Assembly (NCBI GenBank): GCA_963735805.1 | Contig: CAVTMK010000003.1 | Span: 416,001 to 480,000 of the forward strand | Direction: 5' to 3' | Length of the DNA stretch: 64,000 bases | Origin: an uncultured Verrucomicrobiae bacterium | GTDB taxonomy: Bacteria; Verrucomicrobiota; Verrucomicrobiia; Chthoniobacterales; UBA10450 | Part shown: piece after piece, positions 38,523 through 49,992 of the stretch | Position numbering within the stretch: position 1 is the stretch's first letter | Layout of the letters: each line of letters opens with the position of its first letter | Position numbers and translations under genes: made by a program | Notes under the pieces: model-generated | What the model saw: only the letters and a program-made list of their open reading frames with translations | Database searches by the model: none | Told to the model about the DNA's origin: nothing

Positions 38523-39673
38523 TCTACCTCGATTACAATGCAACAACGCCGCTTTGCGACGTGGCGCGCGAGGCGATGCTGCCGTACCTGGATCAGCATT
38601 TCGGTAATCCGTCGAGCGTACACGCAGCCGGGCGAGAGACGCGCGCGGCTATCGATAACGCGCGCGACAAACTGGCCGCATTGCTAGGCGTTAAACCGAA
38701 CGAAATTGTTTTCACCAGCGGCGGAACCGAATCATGCAACCTCGCCGTGTTCGGCCTGGCGCGTTGTCGCATGCAAGGCGGCGGTCATGTGATCTCAACC
38801 AAGACCGAACATCACGCTGTACTAAACGCGATCGAACACTTGGAAAAGCATGAAGGTTTCGAAGTAAGCTGGCTGAATGTTTCGCGTGCTGGGATCATCG
38901 ATGTCGATCAACTTGCCGGTGCGATTCGGCCGGAAACCAGACTCGTTTCGATCATGACCGCCAACAACGAGACCGGCGTGATTCAACCAATGCGCGACAT
39001 TTCGCGGATTTGCCGTGAGCGCGGCGTTCTGCTGCACAGCGACATGGTCCAGTCGTTCGGCAAGATCGATACCGACCTCTCGCTGGTCGATGCCGCCAGT
39101 TTCGCTGCGCACAAGTTTTACGGACCAAAAGGCATTGGATTTCTTTTCCTGCGAAGTGGTCTTTCGATCCAGCCGATTATGTTCGGCGGCGCGCACGAGA
39201 ACGAGCGACGCCCCGGAACAGAAAATGTCGCTGCAATTGTGGGAATGGCGGCGGCGGCCGAATGGACGTTGGGTGGTTGGGAACAAGAACAAGAGCGTGA
39301 AGGACGACTGCGTAAAGAACTTTGGACGCGAATTTCTGAGGACGTGCCGGATGCAAAACAGAACGGCGCGAAGGCGCCGCGGCTGGCAAACACACTGAAC
39401 GTGAGCCTTCTGGGCATCGATTCTGAAATGTTACTCATCGCGCTCGACTTGGAAGGCGTCTGTGCCTCTAGCGGCTCCGCGTGCATGGTAGGATCAGTCG
39501 TTGCGTCGCATGTTTTGCTTGCCATGGGTCTGCCTATGGAACGCGCGCGCTCCGCAGTTCGATTTTCACTCGGCAAATGGACAACGGCCGACGAAATCAA
39601 GGCGGCTGGAGACGCGGTGCGAAAAATTGTTGATCGCCTGAATACGCGAAAGAGCGCGTATGCCGTTGCTTAG
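38519..39673 (+). CDS. iscS: Cysteine desulfurase (IscS/NifS family)
   Basis: YLDYNATTP, GNPSS, TSGGTES, AHKFYGPKG, SSGSAC. Confidence 0.93.
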   Translation: MIYLDYNATTPLCDVAREAMLPYLDQHFGNPSSVHAAGRETRAAIDNARDKLAALLGVKPNEIVFTSGGTESCNLAVFGLARCRMQGGGHVISTKTEHHAVLNAIEHLEKHEGFEVSWLNVSRAGIIDVDQLAGAIRPETRLVSIMTANNETGVIQPMRDISRICRERGVLLHSDMVQSFGKIDTDLSLVDAASFAAHKFYGPKGIGFLFLRSGLSIQPIMFGGAHENERRPGTENVAAIVGMAAAAEWTLGGWEQEQEREGRLRKELWTRISEDVPDAKQNGAKAPRLANTLNVSLLGIDSEMLLIALDLEGVCASSGSACMVGSVVASHVLLAMGLPMERARSAVRFSLGKWTTADEIKAAGDAVRKIVDRLNTRKSAYAVA

Positions 39674-40280
39674 GCAGCTCGAATTTGCCTTTCGTACTGC
39701 AGCCCGGATCGCTGATCCCGGCCGCTTCGGTGCACCTCAAGATACCGGGGTCACCGCCTCCGGCTACAACAACGCCAAACCAAATCTGAATCTCGAAGAA
39801 ACAGCGCGCCAGTTGTTAGGTTCACTCGGCGCAGCAAGAATCGCGAACGAGCTCCGGGTCGAATGGAATTCACGTCTTAAAACAGCCGCTGGTCGCGCTG
39901 ATTATCGCGTGAAACTGATTTCGTTAAATCCGCGTCTAGTCGAGCATCCGGCCGAAATCGATCGGACGTTGCGACATGAGCTGGCGCATATTCTCGCGCA
40001 ATTTCGCGCCGGTCGACGAAGGATTTCACCTCACGGCGTCGAATGGCAGCGGGCCTGTGTGGACTTGGGAATCGCCAACGAGAAGCGTTGTCACAATCTT
40101 CCGTTCCCTGCGCGGACTTACGCCACGCGATTCATCTATCGCTGTCCGAATTGCCGTAAGGAGTTTCCGCGAGTCCGTCGCGTGCGCCGCGTAATCGCCT
40201 GTCTTGCCTGTTGCCACAAACACAACGGCGGCGACTTCGACCTGCGGTTTCGGTTACGACTCTGTAGCCGGGATCGCTGA
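39660..40280 (+). CDS. SprT-like zinc metalloprotease
   Basis: WNSRLKTAAGRA, HELAH, HGVEW, CPNC...CLAC zinc ribbon. Confidence 0.9.
   Translation: MPLLRQLEFAFRTAARIADPGRFGAPQDTGVTASGYNNAKPNLNLEETARQLLGSLGAARIANELRVEWNSRLKTAAGRADYRVKLISLNPRLVEHPAEIDRTLRHELAHILAQFRAGRRRISPHGVEWQRACVDLGIANEKRCHNLPFPARTYATRFIYRCPNCRKEFPRVRRVRRVIACLACCHKHNGGDFDLRFRLRLCSRDR
39698..39768. repeat. REP-like palindrome inside the 5' part of the SprT-like CDS
   Basis: tgcagcccggatcgctgatcccggc...accggggtcaccgcctccggctaca; close relative of 40263..40334. Confidence 0.75.
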
Positions 40281-40690
40281 TCCCCGCCGGCTTCACCGAC
40301 TCCGATGATGCCGGGGTCACCGACCCCGGCTACAGCGGAAGCAACTTCGCGCTTGTCATGTCGAGCGAAGTCGCGACGTGCAGCGCATCTGGTTAGCTCT
40401 TTTCCGGCAGCAAATGGATAACCTGATGGTTGACCGACCGCCGTGCCATCTGGCGCCGTCAGATAGATCCTGCCATGCGAATCGAGTCTAACGAATGCAT
40501 TTCGGCTTTCGAATGGGCCGCGCTGCCATGACTTCCACGGAATGCGGGTGAAGAACCTCTGAAGGTACCGCCATGTTCTACCATGCGCAGCGATGGTCAG
40601 GCTCCCCCAATGCTGGCCGATCACAAGAACAAGGCCGAATTGTGTGGACGAGTATGCCACGACAGAGACGCTTCCATTGCGCGTCGCCAC
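40136..40690 (-). CDS. Hypothetical or decayed gene
   Basis: 184-aa ORF filling the sprT-prfB gap; frame stays open upstream through a hydrophobic stretch with no start codon, and the 3' end runs through a REP into sprT. Confidence 0.3.
   Translation of the reverse strand: MATRNGSVSVVAYSSTQFGLVLVIGQHWGSLTIAAHGRTWRYLQRFFTRIPWKSWQRGPFESRNAFVRLDSHGRIYLTAPDGTAVGQPSGYPFAAGKELTRCAARRDFARHDKREVASAVAGVGDPGIIGVGEAGGDQRSRLQSRNRNRRSKSPPLCLWQQARQAITRRTRRTRGNSLRQFGQR
40263..40334. repeat. REP-like palindrome overlapping the SprT-like stop codon
   Basis: tgtagccgggatcgctgatccccgc...gccggggtcaccgaccccggctaca. Confidence 0.8.
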
Positions 40691-40852
40691 GACGATGGTG
40701 GCGCCAGTGTCGTTGTATAGGTGGATTAGTGAGGCAGGACCGCAGGAATGAAACAGCAGAACAAATCCGAATACCCCTGCTAGTCCAACCCACGAATAAG
40801 TCCAACGAGAATTAAACGAAAACCGCCAACCAAAGTGAACACTTCTTCATCC

Positions 40853-41996
40853 TTAGATTTCGTTTTCGCCTCGGTCACCTTTCGCTGCTTTCTCGCCGCG
40901 CAATTTCGCCTGTATGAACCTGTCGATGTCACCGTCCATCACGGCTTGCACATTGCTCGTTTCCGCCCCAGTGCGGTGATCCTTCACCATTTGATAAGGT
41001 TGAAAGACGTAGGAGCGAATCTGACTGCCCCAGGCAATGTCGCCTTTTTCTCCATATTGCCGATCGATTTCTGCGCGCTTCTTGTCCTGTTCGATTTCGT
41101 AAAGCTTCGCCTTCAACATTTTCATCGCCAGCTCGCGGTTGCGTCCCTGACTGCGCTCGGCCTGACAGGCGACAACGATTCCGCTCGGTTTGTGCAAAAT
41201 CCGCACCGCCGTTTCGACTTTGTTGACGTTCTGTCCGCCTTTGCCGCCACTGCGAAACGTATCGATCTCAAGATCAGCCGGATTAACTTCTATTGGAGCG
41301 GTATCAGCAATTTCAGGAACAACGTCGACACTCGCGAATGAAGTGTGACGTCGTTTGTTTGCATCGAACGGTGAAATACGCACGAGCCGGTGCACGCCAC
41401 GTTCGGCCTGAAGATGCCCGTACGCATACTCGCCGGTCACCAGCAAAGTGACCGATTTGATGCCCACTTCTTCACCCTGTTGAATGTCGACGGTCTGGGC
41501 TTTGAAACCGCTTCGCTCGATCCAGCGCTGGTACATCCGGAGCAACATATCGGCCCAATCGCAAGATTCGGTGCCGCCGGCTCCGGAGTGAATGGTGACA
41601 AACGCGTTCGCGCGATCGTTTTCACCTGAAAGAAATTGGCGCAACTCGAATTCATCCAACGTATGAGCAAGGCGAGCGTGTTCGGTCGCGACTTCTTTTT
41701 CGGCATTAGCCCGCGCAGTGGGATCGCTTTCTTCCGCCGCTAGCTCGTGTAACGCCCCGAAGTCTTCGATCTCGCGTTCCAGTTCTTGAAACGGGTTGAT
41801 CAGCGAACGCAGTCGCGAAACTTCTTCCACATCGGCCTGAGCGCGCTCGCGATTCGACCAGAAATCGGGCGCAGCCATGCGCCCTTCGATTGCGGCTAGA
41901 TCTTTCTGCAGTTTTTCGACGTCAAAGAAACCTCCGCAGCTCGCGGACACGCGATTTCAAATCCTCGGCATCTGGGATGGAGACTTCAGTTGACAT
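40853..41996 (-). CDS. prfB: Peptide chain release factor 2 with programmed +1 frameshift
   Basis: 24 codons from ATG 41996 to CTT-TGA-C, then the +1 frame with [27 protein letters not shown]. Confidence 0.97.
41921..41936 (-). promoter_or_regulatory. RF2 autoregulatory +1 frameshift signal
   Basis: CGGAGG-TTT-CTT-TGA-C: internal Shine-Dalgarno 3 nt before the slippery CTT TGA. Confidence 0.95.
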
Positions 41997-42117
41997 AAAG
42001 AAGGATACGCGCAGCTGCGCCCACCGCAAAATGTTGTGGCGGTGCTTGTGTCAACCACCGAGTCCAAAACAGGCGCAACGTTAAGCAGGCGCTTGTGCCA
42101 AGCACCTGTTTTATCTC

Positions 42118-42483
42118 TTATTTGCGCGTAGAACTGCCAGATTTCGGCTTTGCAGCACGCGCCGCCTCGAGACGGAAAATTGTCTCGCCTTCTTTCATCA
42201 GGTCGAGACGATCGCGCGCAACCGTTTCCAGATAGGTTGAGTCAGTGTTGAGCAAATTGATCTCGCGCGTCTGATGGGCGAGCAGGTTCTGTTGCTCGTT
42301 TACCTGCTGTTGCAGATTGTCGATTTCCGCGCGGCTCTGCATTAGTTTCTTGTACGGCGGAACGAACAGGCTCACTATTATCAGCCAGATCGCCAGGACA
42401 AGCAGAACCCGGAGAGTTCGGTTCAGTCGCTGCCACACGTTAGCTTGACGGCGCGCGCGGAAGTCGGCGTAAGTCTGATCCAC
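42118..42483 (-). CDS. ftsB: Septum formation initiator (FtsB/DivIC family)
   Basis: One TM helix, coiled coil, YLETVARDRLDLMKEGE; directly downstream of eno. Confidence 0.8.
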   Translation of the reverse strand: MDQTYADFRARRQANVWQRLNRTLRVLLVLAIWLIIVSLFVPPYKKLMQSRAEIDNLQQQVNEQQNLLAHQTREINLLNTDSTYLETVARDRLDLMKEGETIFRLEAARAAKPKSGSSTRK

Positions 42484-43905
<1,422 letters not shown>

Positions 43906-43945
43906 TCATATTGGCAATTTCGCCGGGGCACGCTAAATCTGAGCG

Positions 43946-44758
43946 ATGATTCGTTTGGCCAGACTAGGCGCTATTGTGCTAGCGGGCAGCATCTCCGTTG
44001 CTTCCGGGGAGCAGACCGGGCATATCTCCGCGGACCAGATGGCAAAGGCGGCCATGAGCGACGCGATCAGTATCCCGACGCCCGGTGAACTTTTCGCGGC
44101 GCTTGGAAAGGTGGGCAAAACAAATTGGGCTGGTCAATATCGCGGACCAATCCCAGTAACGTACAGCAATCGCGCGCAGATCGCCCTTAATCTCGGCGGG
44201 TTGATTGCCGACGGCTTTATTGCCGTGGAAGCGAAGGATGGTCAGCAGGTCAAAAATATTGGGGCAGACATCGTCAAACTCGCAAAAGCTCTGGGGGTCA
44301 GCGAAAAGCTGCTTGGTCGCGGCAGTAGCATCAACGAGTTCGCCGAAAACAACGAATGGGACACGCTTCAGGAGGAACTGGAAGCAACGCAGAATGAAGT
44401 AAAATCCTCCATGCAATCGCACGCCGATCAGGACCTGGTGATCCTGGTAACCCTGGGCGGTTGGATTCGAGGTACGCAGGTAGTCACTTCGGCGATCATT
44501 CAGAACTACGACGAACGGAGCGCAAAGGTTCTGCGTCAACCGGCGCTGGTTCATTTCATGCAGTCAAAAATCAACGAAATGTCCCCAGAATTGCGCGACC
44601 AGCTGCTGGTCAAAGATGTCAGCAACGAACTCCCAAAAATTGAAAAGCTGGTTTCCTTTCCTCCAGGCAAGGCACCTAATATTGAAGACGTGCGCAAGGT
44701 TAACCAAGCGGTCAGCAAGGTGATGGAGGAAATAGAAAATAAAGAACCGCCAAAATGA
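43946..44758 (+). CDS. Exported helical protein of unknown function
   Basis: Signal-like N-terminus; 270-aa ORF starting an operon. Confidence 0.6.
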   Translation: MIRLARLGAIVLAGSISVASGEQTGHISADQMAKAAMSDAISIPTPGELFAALGKVGKTNWAGQYRGPIPVTYSNRAQIALNLGGLIADGFIAVEAKDGQQVKNIGADIVKLAKALGVSEKLLGRGSSINEFAENNEWDTLQEELEATQNEVKSSMQSHADQDLVILVTLGGWIRGTQVVTSAIIQNYDERSAKVLRQPALVHFMQSKINEMSPELRDQLLVKDVSNELPKIEKLVSFPPGKAPNIEDVRKVNQAVSKVMEEIENKEPPK

Positions 44759-45189
44759 ATCGAGGCTTGCTAATTCCATTGTCCGTTCTTGTGCTGGCCA
44801 TCAGCGGGACTGCGCGCGGAGACACGGATGCCGAGGTGCAGGCGCGTAAAGACGCCCTCGATGTTGCCGCGGCATTTTCAAACGACGGTTTCAAGATCCG
44901 GGACGGACATTGGTGCGGGATTGTGAAACCGCACGAGCACTCGTTGATCGCGGTAAATCTCTACGTGGGAAACCAATATTGGTTCTCTGCTGGCGCTACG
45001 GAGCCGGCCAAGAAAATTGCGGTCAGCGTCTATGATGAAACGGGAAAACAGGTGACTGCCGACAATTACGACAATGGAGAAAAAGCCGCGGCCGGCTTTG
45101 CTCCACCAACCAGCGGTCAGTACTTTGTTTCCGTCGACCTCCTCGAAGGCGAGCAGAGCAGCTTTTGCCTCGTTTATTCGTACAAATGA
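44755..45189 (+). CDS. Exported small beta-sandwich protein of unknown function
   Basis: Signal ending ARG; VSVYDETGK, SGQYFV pattern reminiscent of PPC-like domains; 4-nt overlap with the upstream gene. Confidence 0.6.
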   Translation: MNRGLLIPLSVLVLAISGTARGDTDAEVQARKDALDVAAAFSNDGFKIRDGHWCGIVKPHEHSLIAVNLYVGNQYWFSAGATEPAKKIAVSVYDETGKQVTADNYDNGEKAAAGFAPPTSGQYFVSVDLLEGEQSSFCLVYSYK

Positions 45190-45261
45190 ACCGATGTCGC
45201 GTGTTCGCGCGCGTTGCGTCTGACATCAAGCAGTAAACATCAGCAGCTTCAGGGCAGGCCG

Positions 45262-45537
45262 ATGATTTCGCTCCAGGTTTTCTATGAGGGAAATGTTCAG
45301 GGCGTTGGGTTTCGTTGGAGCGTGCGTCATGCCGCCAAGGGCTTTGACGTAACCGGATGGGTGCGCAACCTGCCTGATGGGCGCGTAGAACTTCAGGTCA
45401 CCGGGGAGGAAGATGAAGTGCGCGCGTTTCTCGACGGCATCGCGCAAGGAGAGCTTCACTCGCTGATTCACAAGCAAATAGAGAACAAGTTAGAAAAAAC
45501 GGTTACTGCCCGTGGCTTTGAGATTCGCAATGACTAA
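45262..45537 (+). CDS. acyP: Acylphosphatase
   Basis: GNVQGVGFR, GWVRNLPDGRVE. Confidence 0.92.
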   Translation: MISLQVFYEGNVQGVGFRWSVRHAAKGFDVTGWVRNLPDGRVELQVTGEEDEVRAFLDGIAQGELHSLIHKQIENKLEKTVTARGFEIRND

Positions 45538-46384
45538 TCCAGCCGTAGCGGTTAGCGGACTAACGAAAATCTTTCCCGTTCCTTTGCATCCCGCTCGCGG
45601 GATTATCGCCGTCAATGACCTCAACCTTCGCATCGAACCCGGCGAAGTGTTCGGCTTACTTGGACCGAACGGGTCCGGTAAAAGTACAACTCTCAAAATT
45701 ATTCTCGGGCTCGTTTCCCCAACGCATGGGCGCACCGAAATTTTTGGGCGCGACAGTCGCCTGGTGGAAAGCCGCCAGGCAGTCGGTTTTCTGCCGGAAA
45801 ATCCGTATTTCTACAAGTATCTCACAGGAGAAGAAACGCTGCGTTTCTTTGGGCGTCTTTGCGGCCTGCGGGGCGCCGGACTTAAGAAACGCATAAACGA
45901 ATTGCTAGAACTCGTCGGCTTGACTAAAGCGCGCAAACGCCGTCTGGGCACTTATTCCAAAGGCATGTTGCAACGCATTGGTCTTGCACAGGCATTGATT
46001 CATGAGCCGAGACTCGTAGTCCTGGATGAACCGACCGCAGGCGTCGATCCGGCTGGCTCGCGGGAGATCCGTGACTTGATTTTCGACCTCAAGCGCCGCG
46101 GAATTACTGTTCTGCTCTCCTCGCATTTGCTCGCGCAAGCACAGGAGATTTGCGACCGCGTGGGCATTCTCGCGGATGGCGTACTGGTACGCGAGGGGCA
46201 TCTGCAGGAATTGATTGCCATTGAAAATCAAACCGAGCTCGTTATTGCGAACGCGTCTCCCCAGCTCCTAAACGAAATCGAGTCGGCAATCAGTCAATCG
46301 AACGCGAAGCTTCTCGAACGCCGAAAATCGACGACCACTCTCGAAAGATTATTTCTCGAGGCAACGAAGGGTGACACGAAATGA
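45530..46384 (+). CDS. ABC transporter ATP-binding protein
   Basis: GPNGSGKST, YSKGMLQR, LDEPT, SSH; GFLPENPYFY. Confidence 0.95.
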   Translation: MTNPAVAVSGLTKIFPVPLHPARGIIAVNDLNLRIEPGEVFGLLGPNGSGKSTTLKIILGLVSPTHGRTEIFGRDSRLVESRQAVGFLPENPYFYKYLTGEETLRFFGRLCGLRGAGLKKRINELLELVGLTKARKRRLGTYSKGMLQRIGLAQALIHEPRLVVLDEPTAGVDPAGSREIRDLIFDLKRRGITVLLSSHLLAQAQEICDRVGILADGVLVREGHLQELIAIENQTELVIANASPQLLNEIESAISQSNAKLLERRKSTTTLERLFLEATKGDTK

Positions 46385-47351
46385 CGAAATCCGGCCGTCG
46401 ATTGACGAAGCAGCCATGACAAACATAGAAAACGCTTCAACGCTTCGACGCTTTAACGATTCCACGGCGGCGAAACCGCATCGTCCTTTCTCTTTCTCGC
46501 GGATCCTTGCCATCACGCTGAATACCCTGACTGAACTCACCCGGCTCAGAGTCTTTTACGTGTTGCTTGTGTTCGCGCTCCTTTTGATTGGCAGCTCGGT
46601 CTTCATGGCGCAATTCTCTTTTCAGCAGGAGTTTCAAATCCTGAAAGATGTCGCACTCGGCGCCATTTCGATCTTTACTTCGCTGCTAGCCATCGTTGCT
46701 ACGGCGCGACTGCTCCCGCAGGACATCGAGGATCGAACGGTTTACACTATTCTCGCCAAGCCGGTGCCCCGCGTGGAATATATCTTCGGGAAAATTGCGG
46801 GCGTTCTTCTGCTTCTGGCAATCAGCACGTTGGTGATGAGCGCAGCATTTTCGCTGGTGTTGTATTTGCGCGAACAGGCTGTGATCCACGCCACAGTGAA
46901 CCAAATGTCCGGTGCGCCCCCGGCACAAATCGCTGATGCCCTCCGCGCAATAAGATCTTCTGCTTTCAACATCGATATCATTCCAGGAATCATCATTATT
47001 TACTTGAAAGCATGTCTGTTGGCCGCCCTGACGCTCTTCGTTTCTACATTCGCTAGCACGAATATTTTCACGATTGTCGTAATGGCTTTCATTTATTTCA
47101 TTGGCCACTTGCAGGCGACTGCGCGGGAATACTGGCTGCAGGAACACAGCAGCAGTCTGCTTACCCGCGTCTTTCTTGCGATCGTGGCGCTGTTGTTTCC
47201 CGACTTGCAGGCGTTTAACCTGGTGGATGATATCGTCGCGGGCACTGCCATTTCGCTGGCGCTTTTTGCCAAGACCGCGTTGCTGGGTGTTTTCTACACA
47301 ACGCTCTATACGCTGCTGGCGGCGTTCGTGTTCTATGGAAAAGAATTATGA
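46371..47351 (+). CDS. ABC-2 type permease
   Basis: About six TM helices; DIEDRTVYTILAKPVPRVEYIFGK; start uncertain (46371 or 46416). Confidence 0.88.
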   Translation: MTRNDEIRPSIDEAAMTNIENASTLRRFNDSTAAKPHRPFSFSRILAITLNTLTELTRLRVFYVLLVFALLLIGSSVFMAQFSFQQEFQILKDVALGAISIFTSLLAIVATARLLPQDIEDRTVYTILAKPVPRVEYIFGKIAGVLLLLAISTLVMSAAFSLVLYLREQAVIHATVNQMSGAPPAQIADALRAIRSSAFNIDIIPGIIIIYLKACLLAALTLFVSTFASTNIFTIVVMAFIYFIGHLQATAREYWLQEHSSSLLTRVFLAIVALLFPDLQAFNLVDDIVAGTAISLALFAKTALLGVFYTTLYTLLAAFVFYGKEL

Positions 47352-48118
47352 TGCGAGTTCTTCTTGCGCTGACACTCGTGGTTGCGCTTGGGGCGCTCAA
47401 ACTGCCGCTAGAGCGCGACCTGGCGGTGCTTCATCGCCGGGAACATTTTCGCGGGGTGGAGTTTAATCTCGATCTTCGAGAAAAAATTGGCCAACTCGGT
47501 TTCATTGCCGCCTTGAGCGGATTTCGGGCGATTGTTGCTGACGCGCTTTTCATCCAGGCACACGTCGCATGGGAACGCACAGAATGGGGCCGGATCCTGT
47601 TATTGTTTCGCCACATCACAACGCTGCAGCCTCGAGTGCTTCTGTTCTGGGACATGGCGGCGTGGCACATGGCGTGGAATGCTAGCGTGGCAGCGATGAA
47701 CGACCAGGGCCAGCCGCGGCTGGCCCTGCGCGTCAAAGCGCAGCGCGAATATTTTGCGCTGGGAAAAGACTTCCTCGAAAGCGGAATAAAAAATAACCCT
47801 GATCGTCCCCAGCTCTACGAAGCGCTCGCCCGCCTTTATAAGGAGAAATACAAGAACCACGAGCGCGCTTCCGAGTTTTACGCCAAGGCAGCGGTCTTGC
47901 CTGGCGCAGCGAGCTATGACCGGCGTTTCTCAGCTTACGAGCTTTCCTACTGCGAAGGACACGAGCGCGAAGCATATGACCGCTTGCGCAGCCTCTTTGA
48001 GGAGGGCCTGCAGGAACGGCTGCCGACTCTGATCACGCGACTGAAATTTCTTCAGGAAAAGCTTAACATTCCACAGGATCAGCGGATTCCCGACAAAAAC
48101 GATAAGAGCGCCAAATAG
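47348..48118 (+). CDS. Membrane-anchored helical/TPR-like ABC accessory protein
   Basis: N-terminal hydrophobic segment; GFRAIVADALF, TTLQP, GIKNNPD. Confidence 0.6.
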   Translation: MMRVLLALTLVVALGALKLPLERDLAVLHRREHFRGVEFNLDLREKIGQLGFIAALSGFRAIVADALFIQAHVAWERTEWGRILLLFRHITTLQPRVLLFWDMAAWHMAWNASVAAMNDQGQPRLALRVKAQREYFALGKDFLESGIKNNPDRPQLYEALARLYKEKYKNHERASEFYAKAAVLPGAASYDRRFSAYELSYCEGHEREAYDRLRSLFEEGLQERLPTLITRLKFLQEKLNIPQDQRIPDKNDKSAK

Positions 48119-48220
48119 TTGAGAAATCGAGCTGGCCTAAGCGTAAAAAGATGGCGGAATTGTAATTCGTTGAGGCATTAAAGCGCTTCCGTGATAAGGT
48201 TCTGCCTTTTTACGATCTCT

Positions 48221-48943
48221 ATGCGCTTCGCGATCCTCAGCGATATTCACGCCAATCTCGAGGCATTGGAAGCGGTGCTGGATGACGCACGCGCGCGGAA
48301 ATGCACGCGCTTCGTATGTCTGGGCGACGTGGTCGGTTACAATGCCAACCCGGCGGAATGCGTCGAACTTATTCGCGAGTTGGATTGCCCTGTGGTTAAA
48401 GGCAATCACGATGAGGCGGCGTCACGTCTCGCGCCACCTGGTGATTTTAATGAAATCGCGGAGCGTGCCATTGCATGGACCCGCGACCACTTAACGGAGG
48501 AGCACAAGGAATGGTTGCGCGGATTACCGCTGCAGAGCCGTGTGCACGATTTTACCATCGTGCACGCCACGCTCGATACACCGGGACAATGGGGTTACGT
48601 TTTTAACAACCTCGACGCGGCCGCCAGCTTCACTTATCAGCGCACCAACGTCTGTTTCTTCGGGCACACGCATGTGCCCATGGTGTTTATTCGGGACGAA
48701 AACGTTCGACGAGAAAGAGTCGAGCATGTTCGCATCGAGCCAACCAAAAAGTATTTCATCAACATGGGGAGTGTGGGGCAACCGCGTGATGGAAACTGGC
48801 GCGCCGCCTACTGCATTTACGATACGGAGAATAATGTGGTCCAACAATTTCGCATAAAATATGATTTGGCGACTGTGCAAAAGAAGATTGCTGCAGCGGG
48901 GTTACCGCGGCTCCTGGCTGAGCGGCTTGCAATTGGGAGATAA
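48221..48943 (+). CDS. Calcineurin-like metallophosphoesterase
   Basis: SDIHAN, GDVVGY, GNHD, GHTH, GSVGQPRDG. Confidence 0.93.
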   Translation: MRFAILSDIHANLEALEAVLDDARARKCTRFVCLGDVVGYNANPAECVELIRELDCPVVKGNHDEAASRLAPPGDFNEIAERAIAWTRDHLTEEHKEWLRGLPLQSRVHDFTIVHATLDTPGQWGYVFNNLDAAASFTYQRTNVCFFGHTHVPMVFIRDENVRRERVEHVRIEPTKKYFINMGSVGQPRDGNWRAAYCIYDTENNVVQQFRIKYDLATVQKKIAAAGLPRLLAERLAIGR

Positions 48944-48978
48944 GACCGACTCACCTTTCAACGCTTTAACGCTTCAAC

Positions 48979-49967
48979 CTGAATCCAAAGTCCATTCTGA
49001 TCATCAAGCCGGGTCCGCTCAGTGACATCGTTCACGTGCTTCCCGCAATCGCATTGCTTCGCGAAGCGCAGCCTGGCGCAGAGATCACTTGGGTCATTAA
49101 CCCGGAGCTTGCTCCCTTGCTCCGGGGGAACCCTGATGTAAACCATGTTCACTTACTGCCAAGCGGTCGCCTCAGAGGCCTCGGCGCAGCGCAAAGTTTA
49201 CTGCCGTGGTTGAAGAAAACCCAGGCGATCCGGCCCGATCTTGCGCTCGATTTCCAGGGACTGCGCCGCAGTGCTCTTGTTGCAAGGATCAGCGGCGCAA
49301 AAGAAGTGTGCGGGATGAGTGATGCGCGCGTTGGAGCGAACTGGCTCTACGATCGCGTCGCGCGGGTCAACCGCCGCAGTCATCCGGTCGAGCGTTACCT
49401 AAAGCTGGCGGAATACGTGAGCGGCGCCGCGGCGAGTCACTTCGATGCTCGATTCCAAGTGGCGATCCGCTTCCGCGCTTCGACGCGCATCCGCCGTTCG
49501 TTCTTCTTCATCCGTTCGCGCGCGGGCAGGACAAATCGCTTTCAAACGGAGTCATCGAGGAATTCTGTAACGCGCTCGCGCCAACTCGCGTGCTGGTTGT
49601 AGGACAATCGCACCGCAGATTGAACACGCCCGAAAATTGCGTTGATCTGACCAGGCAAACGTCGCTGCTTCAATTGATCTGGCTCATCCGAGTCGCACGG
49701 TTCGTGGTAAGCGTGGAGAGTGGCCCCATGCATATTGCCGCGGCGGTAACACCTAACCTGTTATCGATCCACACCTGGACTGATCCGCACCGCATCGGTC
49801 CCTACAATCCGGATGCCTGGATTTGGAAACACGGTCAACTTGTGCGCGTCGGCGAACTTGAGAGCGTCAAGATTCGAAAATACGGCCGTCGGTTTAGACG
49901 CAAGGATGTCGCATCCGTAGTCGAGATGATTCGACCGCTGGTTCCCATCGACCCCATGGTCGCTTAA
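48979..49967 (+). pseudogene. GT9 LPS heptosyltransferase, frameshifted near 49420-49431
   Basis: First frame ILIIKPGPLSDIVH...LDFQGLRRS...HPVERY; second frame from 49431 LLHPFARG...DLTRQTSL...ESGPMHIAAA; no ATG at the 5' end (CTG at 48979). Confidence 0.75.
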
Positions 49968-49992
49968 CTTCGCCGCACCAGCAGGCTCCGTC

